Shown here: in pieces, positions 27,393 through 37,044 of the stretch | Numbering within the stretch: position 1 is the stretch's first letter | How the letters are laid out: the number at the start of each line of letters is the position of its first letter | Assembly (NCBI GenBank): GCA_009924895.1 | Contig: RFQR01000002.1 | Coordinates: 1,368-65,367, forward strand | Direction of reading: 5' to 3' | DNA from: a bacterium | GTDB taxonomy: Bacteria > Patescibacteriota > Minisyncoccia > Phycocordibacterales > UBA2100 | Length of the DNA stretch: 64,000 nucleotides | The notes under the pieces: generated by a model | What the model saw: only the letters and a program-made list of their open reading frames with translations | Databases searched by the model: none | Told to the model about the DNA's origin: nothing | Made by a program: the position numbers and the translations under genes

Positions 27393-27405
27393 CGGCGCGT
27401 TTTGG

Positions 27406-28485
27406 TCACTGCGAATCAAATATCACTGAGAGGTAGGGATCAATCTCGCGTTGGGTCATGTTGTAGAAACGTTCGTTTTTGAGGTACAAATCTGTTGCGA
27501 GACGGATGCCGACAAATCGCCAGTGCCACGGCTCAAATATGTAACTTTTATTTTCGCGAGGATACGAAAGAATAAAACCAAAGCGATATGCGTTTTTGCT
27601 AAGCCAGTCATAGGCCGGAGTTTTTTCAAATCCAGCGAGCACTGAACCATTTTGAGGTGATACAAAATCGAGGGTCGTGCCGAGTTGATGTTCTGAATAT
27701 CCTTGATCGGCAGAAAAAGAGTTCGCACCGGAACCGTAGGTAATGGTGTACGCGTTTTTTAGTTGTTTCTGTTCTTTGAACGAACGGTACGACGACTTTA
27801 TTTTGATCGGGACTCCTTCTGATTGTGCAGTGTCTATCATCGCCTTAAGTAGGGGCCATGCTTCTACGATAAATTTCTGGGAGACTCCTGTATTTGAAAC
27901 GTACTCCGAAGGTATGTCGGTCAAATGTTTTGGGGTGTAGTTTTCGCTCAAGAAATATACTTTCGAGTACTGGCTTAAAAGTTCGGGATCAGTTTGAGAA
28001 AGTTTTTGGAGTGTGCCGACGGTACTCGTGACCGTCCCCACAGTTTGCTCTATACCGCCAATGCGGCTATTTACTGCATCGATATGCTGCTGTGCGTTCG
28101 TGACCACTTGTGATAGACCGTCGGTCTGAGCGTTGACCTTATTGACCGCGGTTGTGAGCGTGACGATGTCATTGGAGAGTGATTGTGTTTGAAGGGCGAG
28201 TGAGTTGACGGTATTTTGCAGGTGAAGTTGTTGCCATACCGCGTAGGATGAAAGAGTGATAGATAGAGTCAAGGCGATGCCACTATATAACGAACTGGTA
28301 CTAATCGCGCCTCGCTCAGAAGTCATGACTTTATTGTAAAGGAAAAACGATTTCGTCGGTACTGCCAGGGGTTTAATTTTCTGATATAACAAGGTCATGT
28401 CAAATTTTTTGGGAGAAGTCCGGGTGTCCGTGCCGCCGACGTCAATAATCTCGAGCGTAACGCTCATGGAGTGTGAGGGACTCAC
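27406..28485 (-). CDS. membrane-anchored D-alanyl-D-alanine carboxypeptidase, peptidase M15B (VanY-like)
   Basis: N-terminal TM, coiled-coil spacer, C-terminal SYRSFKEQ...GYSEHQLGTTLD...EPWHWRF (zinc-binding H-x6-D and EPWH motifs of VanY/M15). Confidence 0.75.
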   Translation of the reverse strand: MSPSHSMSVTLEIIDVGGTDTRTSPKKFDMTLLYQKIKPLAVPTKSFFLYNKVMTSERGAISTSSLYSGIALTLSITLSSYAVWQQLHLQNTVNSLALQTQSLSNDIVTLTTAVNKVNAQTDGLSQVVTNAQQHIDAVNSRIGGIEQTVGTVTSTVGTLQKLSQTDPELLSQYSKVYFLSENYTPKHLTDIPSEYVSNTGVSQKFIVEAWPLLKAMIDTAQSEGVPIKIKSSYRSFKEQKQLKNAYTITYGSGANSFSADQGYSEHQLGTTLDFVSPQNGSVLAGFEKTPAYDWLSKNAYRFGFILSYPRENKSYIFEPWHWRFVGIRLATDLYLKNERFYNMTQREIDPYLSVIFDSQ

Positions 28486-28498
28486 TCTTCAGAAAAGC

Positions 28499-29047
28499 AT
28501 GAATTTTCGCGAGGAGCCGCATGCCGTCTTTTTGGTGCTTTCACGCGACGATGGCACCTATAAAGAAGAAATACGCGATGGGCTGCTTGTACTTGAAGGT
28601 CACGATTCTGTGGGTGCAGAAGGTGGGGGTGCGGGAGCAGATCAGATGCTTCAGTATGCAGGTGGGAAGCTTACGGAGAATGGGAAATTTTTTAAGGCAG
28701 CACAGGAGTATGAGGGGAGAGTGCGCGAGCCGCTGAATGTGCAAGTATATGAAAAGCTAGACGCAGGTGCATGCTTTGATAAGGGTCTATTTGATTTAGT
28801 TGGTGCAGAACGCACGAAAGAAGAGGGAAGGACGGTGTTCAAGTTCTTCCTGCGTCCTTGTGGAGATGAATACGTCGCTGGCACGCTGAAACAAGAGCGT
28901 ATGCTGAGTGCTATGGAGAAACAACAAATATGGTCGCGCACACATGGGCGATGTGAAGGGTGCGGTGCACAAGAAAATCTTCGTTTTGTAGATGAACAAC
29001 TTGTCTGTATGAAAGATAGAGGAGAGGGCAGCGGAATGCTGGGATAA
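28499..29047 (+). CDS. hypothetical protein (183 aa from Met-35 of the ORF), C-terminal Cys-containing segment
   Basis: ORF 28397..29047. The 5' part overlaps the convergent VanY-like gene, so a later start is preferred. HGRCEGCGAQENLRF is weakly HNH-like. Confidence 0.35.
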   Translation: MNFREEPHAVFLVLSRDDGTYKEEIRDGLLVLEGHDSVGAEGGGAGADQMLQYAGGKLTENGKFFKAAQEYEGRVREPLNVQVYEKLDAGACFDKGLFDLVGAERTKEEGRTVFKFFLRPCGDEYVAGTLKQERMLSAMEKQQIWSRTHGRCEGCGAQENLRFVDEQLVCMKDRGEGSGMLG

Positions 29048-29073
29048 GCATTTTCTCCATAACAGTGTCGTAT

Positions 29074-30138
29074 CTAGCGTACTCCTACTTCTTGCAAATA
29101 CGCACGGATGAATTGTTTGCACCCGATGTCTTCTTCACGAGTCGTGCCTTGTCCGCAGCCGTGAGGTGCAGGATCGGGTCGGCCACAAATCATGCCGTGG
29201 CAGTGATAGTACGCGCATTTGTCGGGACGAGAGAGGTGGAGTGCGGTGGGGAAGTTTCTCGTGCGAGCCTCATTTTCTTTTTGTATCTGTTTGGTTCGCG
29301 CTGCAATTTGTGTTTGGACTTCACGGAGCTCATCAGTCAAAGTATTTTTTTCCGCTTGGCGTCTCTCGAGCAATCGCTGATAGAATTCAAGCGACGATTC
29401 AATTGACACTTTTCGCTCCGCGCGCAGTGCATTCAAGGTTCCCTCGAACTGTGTTCGTGTGCTCTCCGGAGGGATGTAGGTACCAACTTCCCTCAAGTCA
29501 CGCTGCAATGAACTCATACGCTTTTTGATGTTGTTTATACTGTCTTCTGTGGATTGTATTTCGGAAGGCAGTGCCGCAGCTCTCTGTTGCAGAGCAACTA
29601 ATTCAGAATCAGTGCTGAGACTTATGAGTTGACAGTTTTGTATCTCAACGGGAGCTGCTCCGTCTTGTGGAAGTCTTGCGATGCGAGGATCTTCGGTAAA
29701 TTGTTTTGCACCAGTTGGTGGGTGGCATGCTTTTTCTCGTGCATCAAGCGCACTGAAAGCTGCTTTGAGCGCCGTTCGCATTGTTCGAGTGTTTTCTTCG
29801 AACGTGTCTCGACTGTTTTTTATGGATGCGTCGTATGCATCAAAGCACGCTTTCGTGTCCGACTGTTCGTACGGCACATTGGGCTTTGGTGGATTTGCTT
29901 GACGACACTGGTCGAGCGCCTCTTTCGATTTTTTGTACGTTGCGTACGCGTTGTCGCTTTTTTGAAAATAGGCGGTAAATTCAGCATGCGATGTGCTGTC
30001 GGCGGGCGAGGGGATACCATTGAATCCTGCGACTGCTGCGTCGCGTGTTTTTTGCGCCGCTGCGTAGGGGTCGACTGGTTCTGCGTTTAAACAGCGGCTG
30101 AGACGTTCGTCGATTGCAGCTTTTTCTTCAGTAAACAT
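29074..30138 (-). CDS. hypothetical coiled-coil protein with Cys/His-rich C-terminal end
   Basis: Long heptad-like helical regions. C-terminus CAYYHCHGMICGRPDPAPHGCGQG...C. Confidence 0.45.
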   Translation of the reverse strand: MFTEEKAAIDERLSRCLNAEPVDPYAAAQKTRDAAVAGFNGIPSPADSTSHAEFTAYFQKSDNAYATYKKSKEALDQCRQANPPKPNVPYEQSDTKACFDAYDASIKNSRDTFEENTRTMRTALKAAFSALDAREKACHPPTGAKQFTEDPRIARLPQDGAAPVEIQNCQLISLSTDSELVALQQRAAALPSEIQSTEDSINNIKKRMSSLQRDLREVGTYIPPESTRTQFEGTLNALRAERKVSIESSLEFYQRLLERRQAEKNTLTDELREVQTQIAARTKQIQKENEARTRNFPTALHLSRPDKCAYYHCHGMICGRPDPAPHGCGQGTTREEDIGCKQFIRAYLQEVGVR

Positions 30139-30354
30139 TTAAACCCTGGCGGTGACACCTGAATCGTACAATGACTGCAACTGCGTACGAGCGCTGTCGA
30201 TGTCGACGCACGCTGTTTTTTCAGCGTCAAAATTTTTCAGCGAAAGGATGACACCAAGAACCACTGCCGCCGCTACGGCGACACCACCAACAATCGTTGA
30301 TGTTTTCGTATTCATACCGATAGGGTGGGTATACGCCTTGTTTTGGGAGCGCAA
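30139..30354 (-). CDS. small single-TM protein (71 aa), same frame as the downstream coiled-coil ORF and separated from it by a single TAA
   Basis: TM segment TSTIVGGVAVAAAVVLGVILSL. The stop is followed immediately by the ATG of 29074..30138. Confidence 0.4.
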   Translation of the reverse strand: MRSQNKAYTHPIGMNTKTSTIVGGVAVAAAVVLGVILSLKNFDAEKTACVDIDSARTQLQSLYDSGVTARV

Positions 30355-30420
30355 AAACTAATGCTGTCCTGCCTTGCACACATGGCAGGCGACGTTCTAC
30401 GCCGCCTGCCGCCAAGTGTT

Positions 30421-30816
30421 TTACTTGGTAAACCACTCTTTGAGCCAACTCTTCATCTGCGCTATTTCACCCGACTGCACGGTAATGATTTCGTTACCAA
30501 ATTTCACCAATTCTGGTCGCTTGGTTCCCGCGAGCAACTCTTTTGCCATGTCGACTGCGCCTTGGTGGTGCACTATCATTTCTTCGAGAAATGCTTTTTC
30601 CAACTCTGCACCCGTTTTTCCTTTCATACCCATCATCACTCCTTGCATCGATGATTTCATGGTGTCGCTTTGCATTTCTGCTTGGTTTTGCATCATGCTT
30701 CCATCCGGCATCATGTGCATGTTCGTCGGTGGGGCAGCGTGGGAGCCTGCGCCGTAGCCAATACCCAGACCAATAATGAGACTCAAGAGTGTTGTAACGA
30801 ATGTTTTTGTTTCCAT
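30421..30816 (-). CDS. DUF305 family metal-binding protein (secreted)
   Basis: Signal peptide. Characteristic MIVHHQGAVDMAKE motif, Met/His-rich. Confidence 0.65.
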   Translation of the reverse strand: METKTFVTTLLSLIIGLGIGYGAGSHAAPPTNMHMMPDGSMMQNQAEMQSDTMKSSMQGVMMGMKGKTGAELEKAFLEEMIVHHQGAVDMAKELLAGTKRPELVKFGNEIITVQSGEIAQMKSWLKEWFTK

Positions 30817-31248
30817 CTTTTTATTATAATGTAGTGTCGCTTATGCTCAAAAGAGAGTGTATTATTCATACATATTGCAGAAATATTTGAATTTGGTTCT
30901 CATAAAAAGAGTGCAGTAGAAAAGCCGTGAGGGGTCTATGGGGAAGCAACACCTGAGGCCTTCAATTCCCTTAAAGAAGAGTGTGTACGTTTACGCGATG
31001 AGCTGGTACCGATCATGGAATCGAAAAGAGCAAAAATAAAAGATGACATGGTTGATCCAGAAACGGGTCAGAAAGTAGTTTCTCTTGCTCATTTGAGGGA
31101 GAAACGTGAATCTGATCGTGTGGCACTTTATGCTATCTATCCGTACAATCTGCTCATTACCTACGCAAACCTGCCATATCTTGCATGGGTTTCTTTTGCG
31201 AGTGTCTTCCAGCTGACGATAACGTATTTAAATTGGTAGAATCAGTCC

Positions 31249-31806
31249 GTGCACACAATTACCCTCAATGGTGCAGAAGTGGAATATGAGCTGCGCACGA
31301 GTAAACGCTCGCGCGGTGTGCGGCTGTCGCTACGTCCAGGGAAGGGACTCGTTGTTACGAAGCCAAGACTTGTGCCGACGTTTTTAGTGGAAAACTTTCT
31401 GCACAAAAAAGCGGATTGGATACTCAAACATGTCGAGCGCATCAAAAATACTCCCGACTATTTGGTCCACAAGGGAGCAAAGCGAGAATTTGAAAAACAC
31501 AAAGATAAGGCGCTCGTGCTTGCACACGAGCGCCTCGAGCAATTCAACAAATTTTACAATTTTACGTACAAGAAAGTAACTGTCCGCAACCAAAAGACGC
31601 GATGGGGGAGTTGTTCTCGTACAGGCACCATCTCTTTTAGTTATCGCATCGCGCTGTTACCCAAAGAGCTCGCAGACTACATTGTGGTCCACGAGCTCTG
31701 CCACCTGGGCGCCTTTAACCACTCGCGGGCCTTTTGGGCACTCGTGGAGAAGACCGTACCAAACCATCGTGAGCTGCGGGCACACCTGCGCGGGCGGTTA
31801 AGCTGA
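31249..31806 (+). CDS. YgjP-like metal-dependent hydrolase (DUF45 / SprT-like, M48-type HExxH)
   Basis: WGSCSRTGTISFSYRIALLP...VVHELCHL motif. Confidence 0.7.
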   Translation: MHTITLNGAEVEYELRTSKRSRGVRLSLRPGKGLVVTKPRLVPTFLVENFLHKKADWILKHVERIKNTPDYLVHKGAKREFEKHKDKALVLAHERLEQFNKFYNFTYKKVTVRNQKTRWGSCSRTGTISFSYRIALLPKELADYIVVHELCHLGAFNHSRAFWALVEKTVPNHRELRAHLRGRLS

Positions 31807-31840
31807 GGTATACTGACAATACTATCCCTAACAAACACCT

Positions 31841-32605
31841 ATGACATTTTTAGCACCCGTTCTGGTTCTTCTTATTATCTTCCTCGCGCTCTCATTGCGT
31901 GTGGTCAAAGAGTACGAGCGCGGTGTTATCTTTTTCTTGGGTAAATGCACGGGCATCCGCGGTCCCGGTCTCATCATTTTGATTCCAGTCTTGGAACAAA
32001 TGACACGAGTCCAGCTGCGCACCGTCACCATGGCGATTCCGTCACAGAAAATCATCTCAAAAGATAACGTGTCAATCGATATTGCTGCGGTGGCGTACTA
32101 TCACGTCGTTGATCCGGTCAAGGCAACGAATGCTATCGAAGATGTCTATTCTGCCGTAAATCAGATCAGTCAAACGACGGTACGAAATGTGGTCGGACAG
32201 TTCCAGCTCGACCAACTGCTTTCACAAACAGGAGACATTAATTCTCAAATTAAAAACGTGATCGATAGTCATACCGAGCCATGGGGTGTGCAAGTAACGG
32301 CAGTTGAAATCAAAGACATCGTGCTTCCTGATAATATGCAGCGAGCAATGGCGAAAGAAGCAGAGGCAGAACGCGAACGCCGCGCAAAAGTTGTTGCGGC
32401 ACAAGGTGAGTATCAAGCAGCACAAAAGCTCGGCGAGGCAGCGGACATTATGGCAGCCCACCCGGTTGCGCTCCAGCTGCGTACGCTCCAGACGATGGCA
32501 GAAATTAGTGTTGAGAAGAACTCAACTATTATTTTTCCTGCGCAGTTTATGACGACGGTGCAGGAGGCGTTCAAGATGCTCAAGGCAGATAGTCAAAAGT
32601 CCTAA
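31841..32605 (+). CDS. SPFH/band-7 domain protein (stomatin/prohibitin-like)
   Basis: N-terminal TM followed by the band-7 domain (VVKEYERGVIFFLGK...SKDNVSIDIAAVAYY...) and an Ala/Glu-rich coiled coil. Confidence 0.8.
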   Translation: MTFLAPVLVLLIIFLALSLRVVKEYERGVIFFLGKCTGIRGPGLIILIPVLEQMTRVQLRTVTMAIPSQKIISKDNVSIDIAAVAYYHVVDPVKATNAIEDVYSAVNQISQTTVRNVVGQFQLDQLLSQTGDINSQIKNVIDSHTEPWGVQVTAVEIKDIVLPDNMQRAMAKEAEAERERRAKVVAAQGEYQAAQKLGEAADIMAAHPVALQLRTLQTMAEISVEKNSTIIFPAQFMTTVQEAFKMLKADSQKS

Positions 32606-32607
32606 CA

Positions 32608-32835
32608 ATGGCCCAGGCAAAAGTCATTCGTACGAATCCCAAATTGTGGGAGGCATGTAAAAAAGAAGTGCTCGAAAAGGTAGGTAAGTTTTCGGCACGT
32701 GCTATGCAGCAGGCAGTAGTGCTTTACAAAAAACGCGGTGGTGAGTATACCAGTACAAAAAGCTCCGACAATTCGCTGGTGAAATGGAATAAAAAGCAAA
32801 AGACTAAAAAGCCCTATCGTTCAGAAATGGAATGA
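32608..32835 (+). CDS. hypothetical small basic protein (75 aa)
   Basis: ORF track. Tightly coupled to the SPFH gene, 2-nt gap. Confidence 0.35.
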   Translation: MAQAKVIRTNPKLWEACKKEVLEKVGKFSARAMQQAVVLYKKRGGEYTSTKSSDNSLVKWNKKQKTKKPYRSEME

Positions 32836-32973
32836 CGAGCACGGCGGCACTTTTCTGAACAGTACACGACCTGCTCCCATTGGCTTCGGCTTTCCCAGGA
32901 TTTTCTATTTGAAAATGCTCGTGCGCATACGGGGCACGTTTTGTTTTGTTGGAGTATGGTTTTCTTTTTCACG

Positions 32974-34479
32974 TTAGTGGTCGCGGGCTGGGCTGTCGTG
33001 TTTTAGCCCATATCGCTTGAGTGCCTGTGCTCGTGCTTCTTTGTGAGGCACAATCGGTTGTGGCGTCAGTACACGTTCGCCAAGCCAGAGGCGCTGATAT
33101 GCACCCGATGTGTCATAATTTTCTGCTTGCAATTCGGGATTAAAAATCCGAATTGGTTTGGGATCAGCACCAACAGATGCTCCCCACTGCCAGCCACCGT
33201 TGTTGGACGCTTCGTCGAGGTCAATGAGTGCCGCGCGGAAGTATTCTTGGCCCCAGCGCCAATCAACACCGAGATTTTTAGTGAGCACGCTCGCAACTAT
33301 CATGCGGGCACGATTATGCATCCAGCCTGTTGTTGTGATTTGTTCCATCGCAGCATCGACGATTGGGTAGCCAGTTTTGCCCTGTATCCATGCAGTAAAA
33401 CGTATAAGTGCCACGGAATCTTTTTCCCACGCCACGGTATTACGAAATTTTTTCTGAAATTCTTCGTTCTGTAAGTTCGGGTAATGATAGTAGAGATATT
33501 TGTAAAATTCGCGCCAGATGAGTTCTGAAAGATACGCAACTGGACCTTCGGGGAGGTGAATCGCATCGAGGTGGTCGAGTTTGTTGTGATAGTGCTTTTG
33601 AATTTCAGATTTTAGGGTGCGTGCAGAAACGAGACCCCACGCGAGTGCGAGAGACATGCGCGAAGTTGCTCCTGTTTGTGGCGGGTGTGTTGGTTCGGTC
33701 ACGGTGTCTGCGGCGAGAGAATTGCGTTGCGTTTTGTAGTGAGTGAGATGTCCGTTATCGAGAAACCACGCGAAGCGCAGCAATGCTTCTTTTTCAGACG
33801 TGTACCATGTCTCCAACTGTGGCGGTGGGGTGAACGTGTCGAGGTCGATGGTGTGTGTGCCAACGAGGAGTGTGCGCGAGCTTCCAAGCGCTTTCGTGAG
33901 GTATTCAGTCGTGCAGGGAACTGCATCTGGGAGTGATGCGAGAAAATCGGCACTTGGATACTGCGCATCGCTTGGTTTGGAGAGTGGCATTTCTTCTGCA
34001 AGCATAAACTGACTCCAAACAGCATTTTTAAAGGGGGTAAAGACACTGTAGTAGTCGCGCGCACCAGTTTTTGTCTCGCGTTCGACGGTGAGTTGGTCTT
34101 TCAAAATATGTACCGTGATGCCGTACGTTGTCAGCCACTTTACTTGGCGATAAAAATCAGGATGAACGTCCTCGTTTACATAGATAGTGATGGTCGCTTT
34201 TTGAGCGAGTGACTCAAATACTTTTATTGCAACACCGCGCAGGACTGCAAAGCGAGTAAAATGATGCGCAAACGACGGGAGTGCGCGTGAAATGAAAAAA
34301 CGAGAGGGGAGCCCAAACTGTTGACTCGGATTTCCTGCGCACATGTAATTCTCAAGAATAAATAGTGGCAAAAAAGCTTTGTTTTTTGACTTACTTTCGG
34401 CAAGTGCCTTGTAGAGTGCGGGATTATCCCGCATACGAAAATCGCGCCGTGCCCAATAAATAATGAGTTCTTTATTCAC
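32974..34479 (-). CDS. phr: deoxyribodipyrimidine photolyase / cryptochrome family FAD-binding protein
   Basis: Photolyase N-terminal alpha/beta domain. FAD-binding signature TGYPIVDAAMEQ...GWMHNRARMIVASVL...DLDEASNNGGWQW. Confidence 0.85.
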   Translation of the reverse strand: MNKELIIYWARRDFRMRDNPALYKALAESKSKNKAFLPLFILENYMCAGNPSQQFGLPSRFFISRALPSFAHHFTRFAVLRGVAIKVFESLAQKATITIYVNEDVHPDFYRQVKWLTTYGITVHILKDQLTVERETKTGARDYYSVFTPFKNAVWSQFMLAEEMPLSKPSDAQYPSADFLASLPDAVPCTTEYLTKALGSSRTLLVGTHTIDLDTFTPPPQLETWYTSEKEALLRFAWFLDNGHLTHYKTQRNSLAADTVTEPTHPPQTGATSRMSLALAWGLVSARTLKSEIQKHYHNKLDHLDAIHLPEGPVAYLSELIWREFYKYLYYHYPNLQNEEFQKKFRNTVAWEKDSVALIRFTAWIQGKTGYPIVDAAMEQITTTGWMHNRARMIVASVLTKNLGVDWRWGQEYFRAALIDLDEASNNGGWQWGASVGADPKPIRIFNPELQAENYDTSGAYQRLWLGERVLTPQPIVPHKEARAQALKRYGLKHDSPARDH

Positions 34480-34516
34480 GCTGGTAGTGTAGCACAGGGC
34501 TTGATACCATGGTGGT

Positions 34517-34813
34517 ATGGATTATATGCATGGCGGAATGGGTATGGGGTTTGGATTACCAGTTATGTTTGGTTCGTTTTTTTTCATTATTCTCATTTGG
34601 AGTCTTTTGTGGAAAGGACTCGCACTCTGGCGCGCTGCAAAACGTGACGATAACTGGTGGTTTGTTGCATTTCTTATTTTGAACACAGCGGGTATTTTGG
34701 AAATCGTCTATCTCTTTGCAGTGACGGGTGCTAAATTATCTGACTTTACCGGTCCACTTACCTCGCAGGCATCAGGCGCGGCGCAGCCAGAAAAGAAAGA
34801 TGTTCAGAGCTAG
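34517..34813 (+). CDS. small two-TM membrane protein (98 aa; resembles PLDc_N-type small membrane proteins)
   Basis: FFFIILIWSLLWKGLALW...WWFVAFLILNTAGILEIVYLF. Confidence 0.35.
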   Translation: MDYMHGGMGMGFGLPVMFGSFFFIILIWSLLWKGLALWRAAKRDDNWWFVAFLILNTAGILEIVYLFAVTGAKLSDFTGPLTSQASGAAQPEKKDVQS

Positions 34814-35621
34814 TGTTGCAGCAGGGTTTCTTGTGGCACCTGCGTACGTGTTTGCGTTCGCTGTTTCTCCACCCACCCCAATTCAAGGTGAGGCAATTCT
34901 TCTACGTTTTCCTGAGCCGGTGTCGCAGGTCCGAGTGGCTGGTGGAGATGCGCCGATGGTCCACGTCGGCACCTCAAGCGTTGCACTTTACGCTTTTGGC
35001 CTCACGACTCGGGCAGGGAGCTACCCCGTGTCATGGAGGGATATGCATGGGGGGCGCGCCACCTCTACCATTTTTCTTACTTCACGTACGCGCTCGTCCG
35101 CTACCATGGATATACCAAAAAAACTCGGAGGGACGACAGCGAAAAACGCCAAGCGCGTAGTCTCTCTTCTTGAAAAAGAAAATACAAAAATTATGTCACT
35201 TCGCTCACATACGAAACAGTTATGGAGCGAAGCGTTCATACTTCCGCTCCTGAATCCCGTCGTGACTGATCCGTATGGGTATATTCGAGAGACAGCGGGT
35301 GCAGAGATTACGCATAAAGGAACTGATTATCGCGCGGCGGTAGGTACGCCGGTTATGGCAATGAATCGAGGTATCGTGCGGATGGTGCGTGCTTCTCCCG
35401 TATACGGAAAAACGATTGTGGTTGATCATGGGCAGGGATTGTTTACACTCTACATGCATCTCTCGCGTATTTCTGTCTCAACGGGTGAATTGATAGAGCG
35501 AGGAAGCGTGATAGGAAAAAGCGGTGCAACAGGGTACGCTGAGCATCCTCACTTACATGTGTCGGTGCGACTTTCTGGTGAATCGGTCGATCCAGTCGCA
35601 TTTTTAAAGTTGTTTGAATAA
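34801..35621 (+). CDS. secreted M23 family metallopeptidase (LytM/lysostaphin-like)
   Basis: Signal peptide MFRASVAAGFLVAPAYVFA. HxxxD (THKGTDY) and HxH (HLHVSV) M23 motifs. Start taken at 34801, inside the ORF-track ORF. Confidence 0.8.
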
Positions 35622-35723
35622 GTAAAGAGGGCGGCATGATGCCGCCCTCCCATACTCCTCAGATAAGCCTTTGGTTACACTGCTCGGTCGTTCTATTCGA
35701 AGACTTGGCTTCGACCACCGCTT

Positions 35724-36236
35724 TCACCGAGAGAGCGCGGTGCGAGATGTGGCGTGAACGTCGTGGCGTGCCTCGGCATGAGGCGGAGAGCCGATGTTCT
35801 TTCCGACGGCATAGCCGATTCGGGAGATGAACTCACCAAGCTCGATTGGGGTGCAGCGGACTATCCGTGCAATCGTTGCGTATTGTCGCACGATACTTTT
35901 GACGAGAGCGATGCGCTGAGCGCTATCCCTGCTGTTCGACGACTGCACCCCTCTCAACTTTCGAAAGTCAAATCGGGTTCCTGCTTCGTCTTTAAACCCC
36001 GAGTGCCAGAGCAGATCGGAGACTGCACCATTTCGCGCACTGGTTTTTCCTTCAATGGTCAGTGCGTTTCTCAGCAGCTTGAGCGCAAGTTCGTGCATCT
36101 TTCGATTGGTCAACGTCATTGAGAGTTGCCTCGTGAGAAGTACTACGCGGAAATGCGTAGCGTTCGCACGATACTCAATTTTCAGGGAACGGTCAATTGC
36201 TGCACCGGTGATGCTATACTGCCGGCATGCATTCAT
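35724..36236 (-). CDS. hypothetical protein (170 aa), orphan ORF between the M23 peptidase and pyrF
   Basis: ORF track only. No motif recognised. Overlaps the pyrF start by 10 nt on the opposite strand. Confidence 0.25.
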   Translation of the reverse strand: MNACRQYSITGAAIDRSLKIEYRANATHFRVVLLTRQLSMTLTNRKMHELALKLLRNALTIEGKTSARNGAVSDLLWHSGFKDEAGTRFDFRKLRGVQSSNSRDSAQRIALVKSIVRQYATIARIVRCTPIELGEFISRIGYAVGKNIGSPPHAEARHDVHATSRTALSR

Positions 36237-37039
36237 GGTCAGAAAAAATACAGGCTCAGTGGAGTAAAAAAAACTATCTCTGCATCGGTCTTGATCCCGA
36301 TCGTACCAAGCTTCCGCTGCAGAGGGCTAGTGCTTCGGAAACAATAACCGCTTTTAATTGCGCTCTTATCGATGCAACAAAAGACAGTGTTGCAGCATAT
36401 AAACCGAACACAGCATTTTATGAAGCATATGGCGAAGAGGGGTGGACCGCACTCAAAGCAACGTGTGACTATATCCGATCAGCAGTGCCTGAAGTGGCAA
36501 TTATTCTTGATGCAAAACGGGGTGATATTGGCACCACGAATGAAGGATACGTACAGATGGCATTTGATTTCCTGAAAGCCGATGCGATCACGGTACAGCC
36601 ATACCTCGGAGGAGAAGCGCTGAGGCCATTTCTGGAGCATGTGGACAAAGGAATAATAGTGCTCTGTAAAACATCTAATCAGGGCAGCGCAGAATTTCAA
36701 AATATTGTAACCGCTGACGGCCCCTTATATATTCATGTTGCAAAGCGAGTCGCACATAAGTGGAATGAGAACAACAACTGCGCACTCGTTATTGGTGCCA
36801 CATATATCGATGAGCTGCAGGCAGTGCGTGAAGCGACACCGGATATCCCGCTTCTCATTCCTGGTATTGGTGCGCAGGGAGGAGATCTCGGCGCGACAGT
36901 ACGTGCGGGAGCGCGGAACATGATTATCGCAATTTCGCGCTCTATTATCTACGCTTCACAGGGCCCTGATTTTGCCGAGGCTGCTCGCGCTGAAGCGCAA
37001 AAATATCATAGCGCGATACAAGAGGCGCTGGTACAATAG
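36227..37039 (+). CDS. pyrF: orotidine 5'-phosphate decarboxylase (type 2)
   Basis: LCIGLDPD and DAKRGDIGTT catalytic motifs. Confidence 0.85.
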   Translation: MHSWSEKIQAQWSKKNYLCIGLDPDRTKLPLQRASASETITAFNCALIDATKDSVAAYKPNTAFYEAYGEEGWTALKATCDYIRSAVPEVAIILDAKRGDIGTTNEGYVQMAFDFLKADAITVQPYLGGEALRPFLEHVDKGIIVLCKTSNQGSAEFQNIVTADGPLYIHVAKRVAHKWNENNNCALVIGATYIDELQAVREATPDIPLLIPGIGAQGGDLGATVRAGARNMIIAISRSIIYASQGPDFAEAARAEAQKYHSAIQEALVQ

Positions 37040-37044
37040 CCATT

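Noticed and set aside
27406-29047. The 90-nt overlap between the VanY-like gene (-) and ORF 28397..29047 (+), read as a genuine antisense gene overlap
   Set aside because: It is more simply explained by an over-extended 5' end in the ORF track. The internal Met at 28499 removes the overlap.
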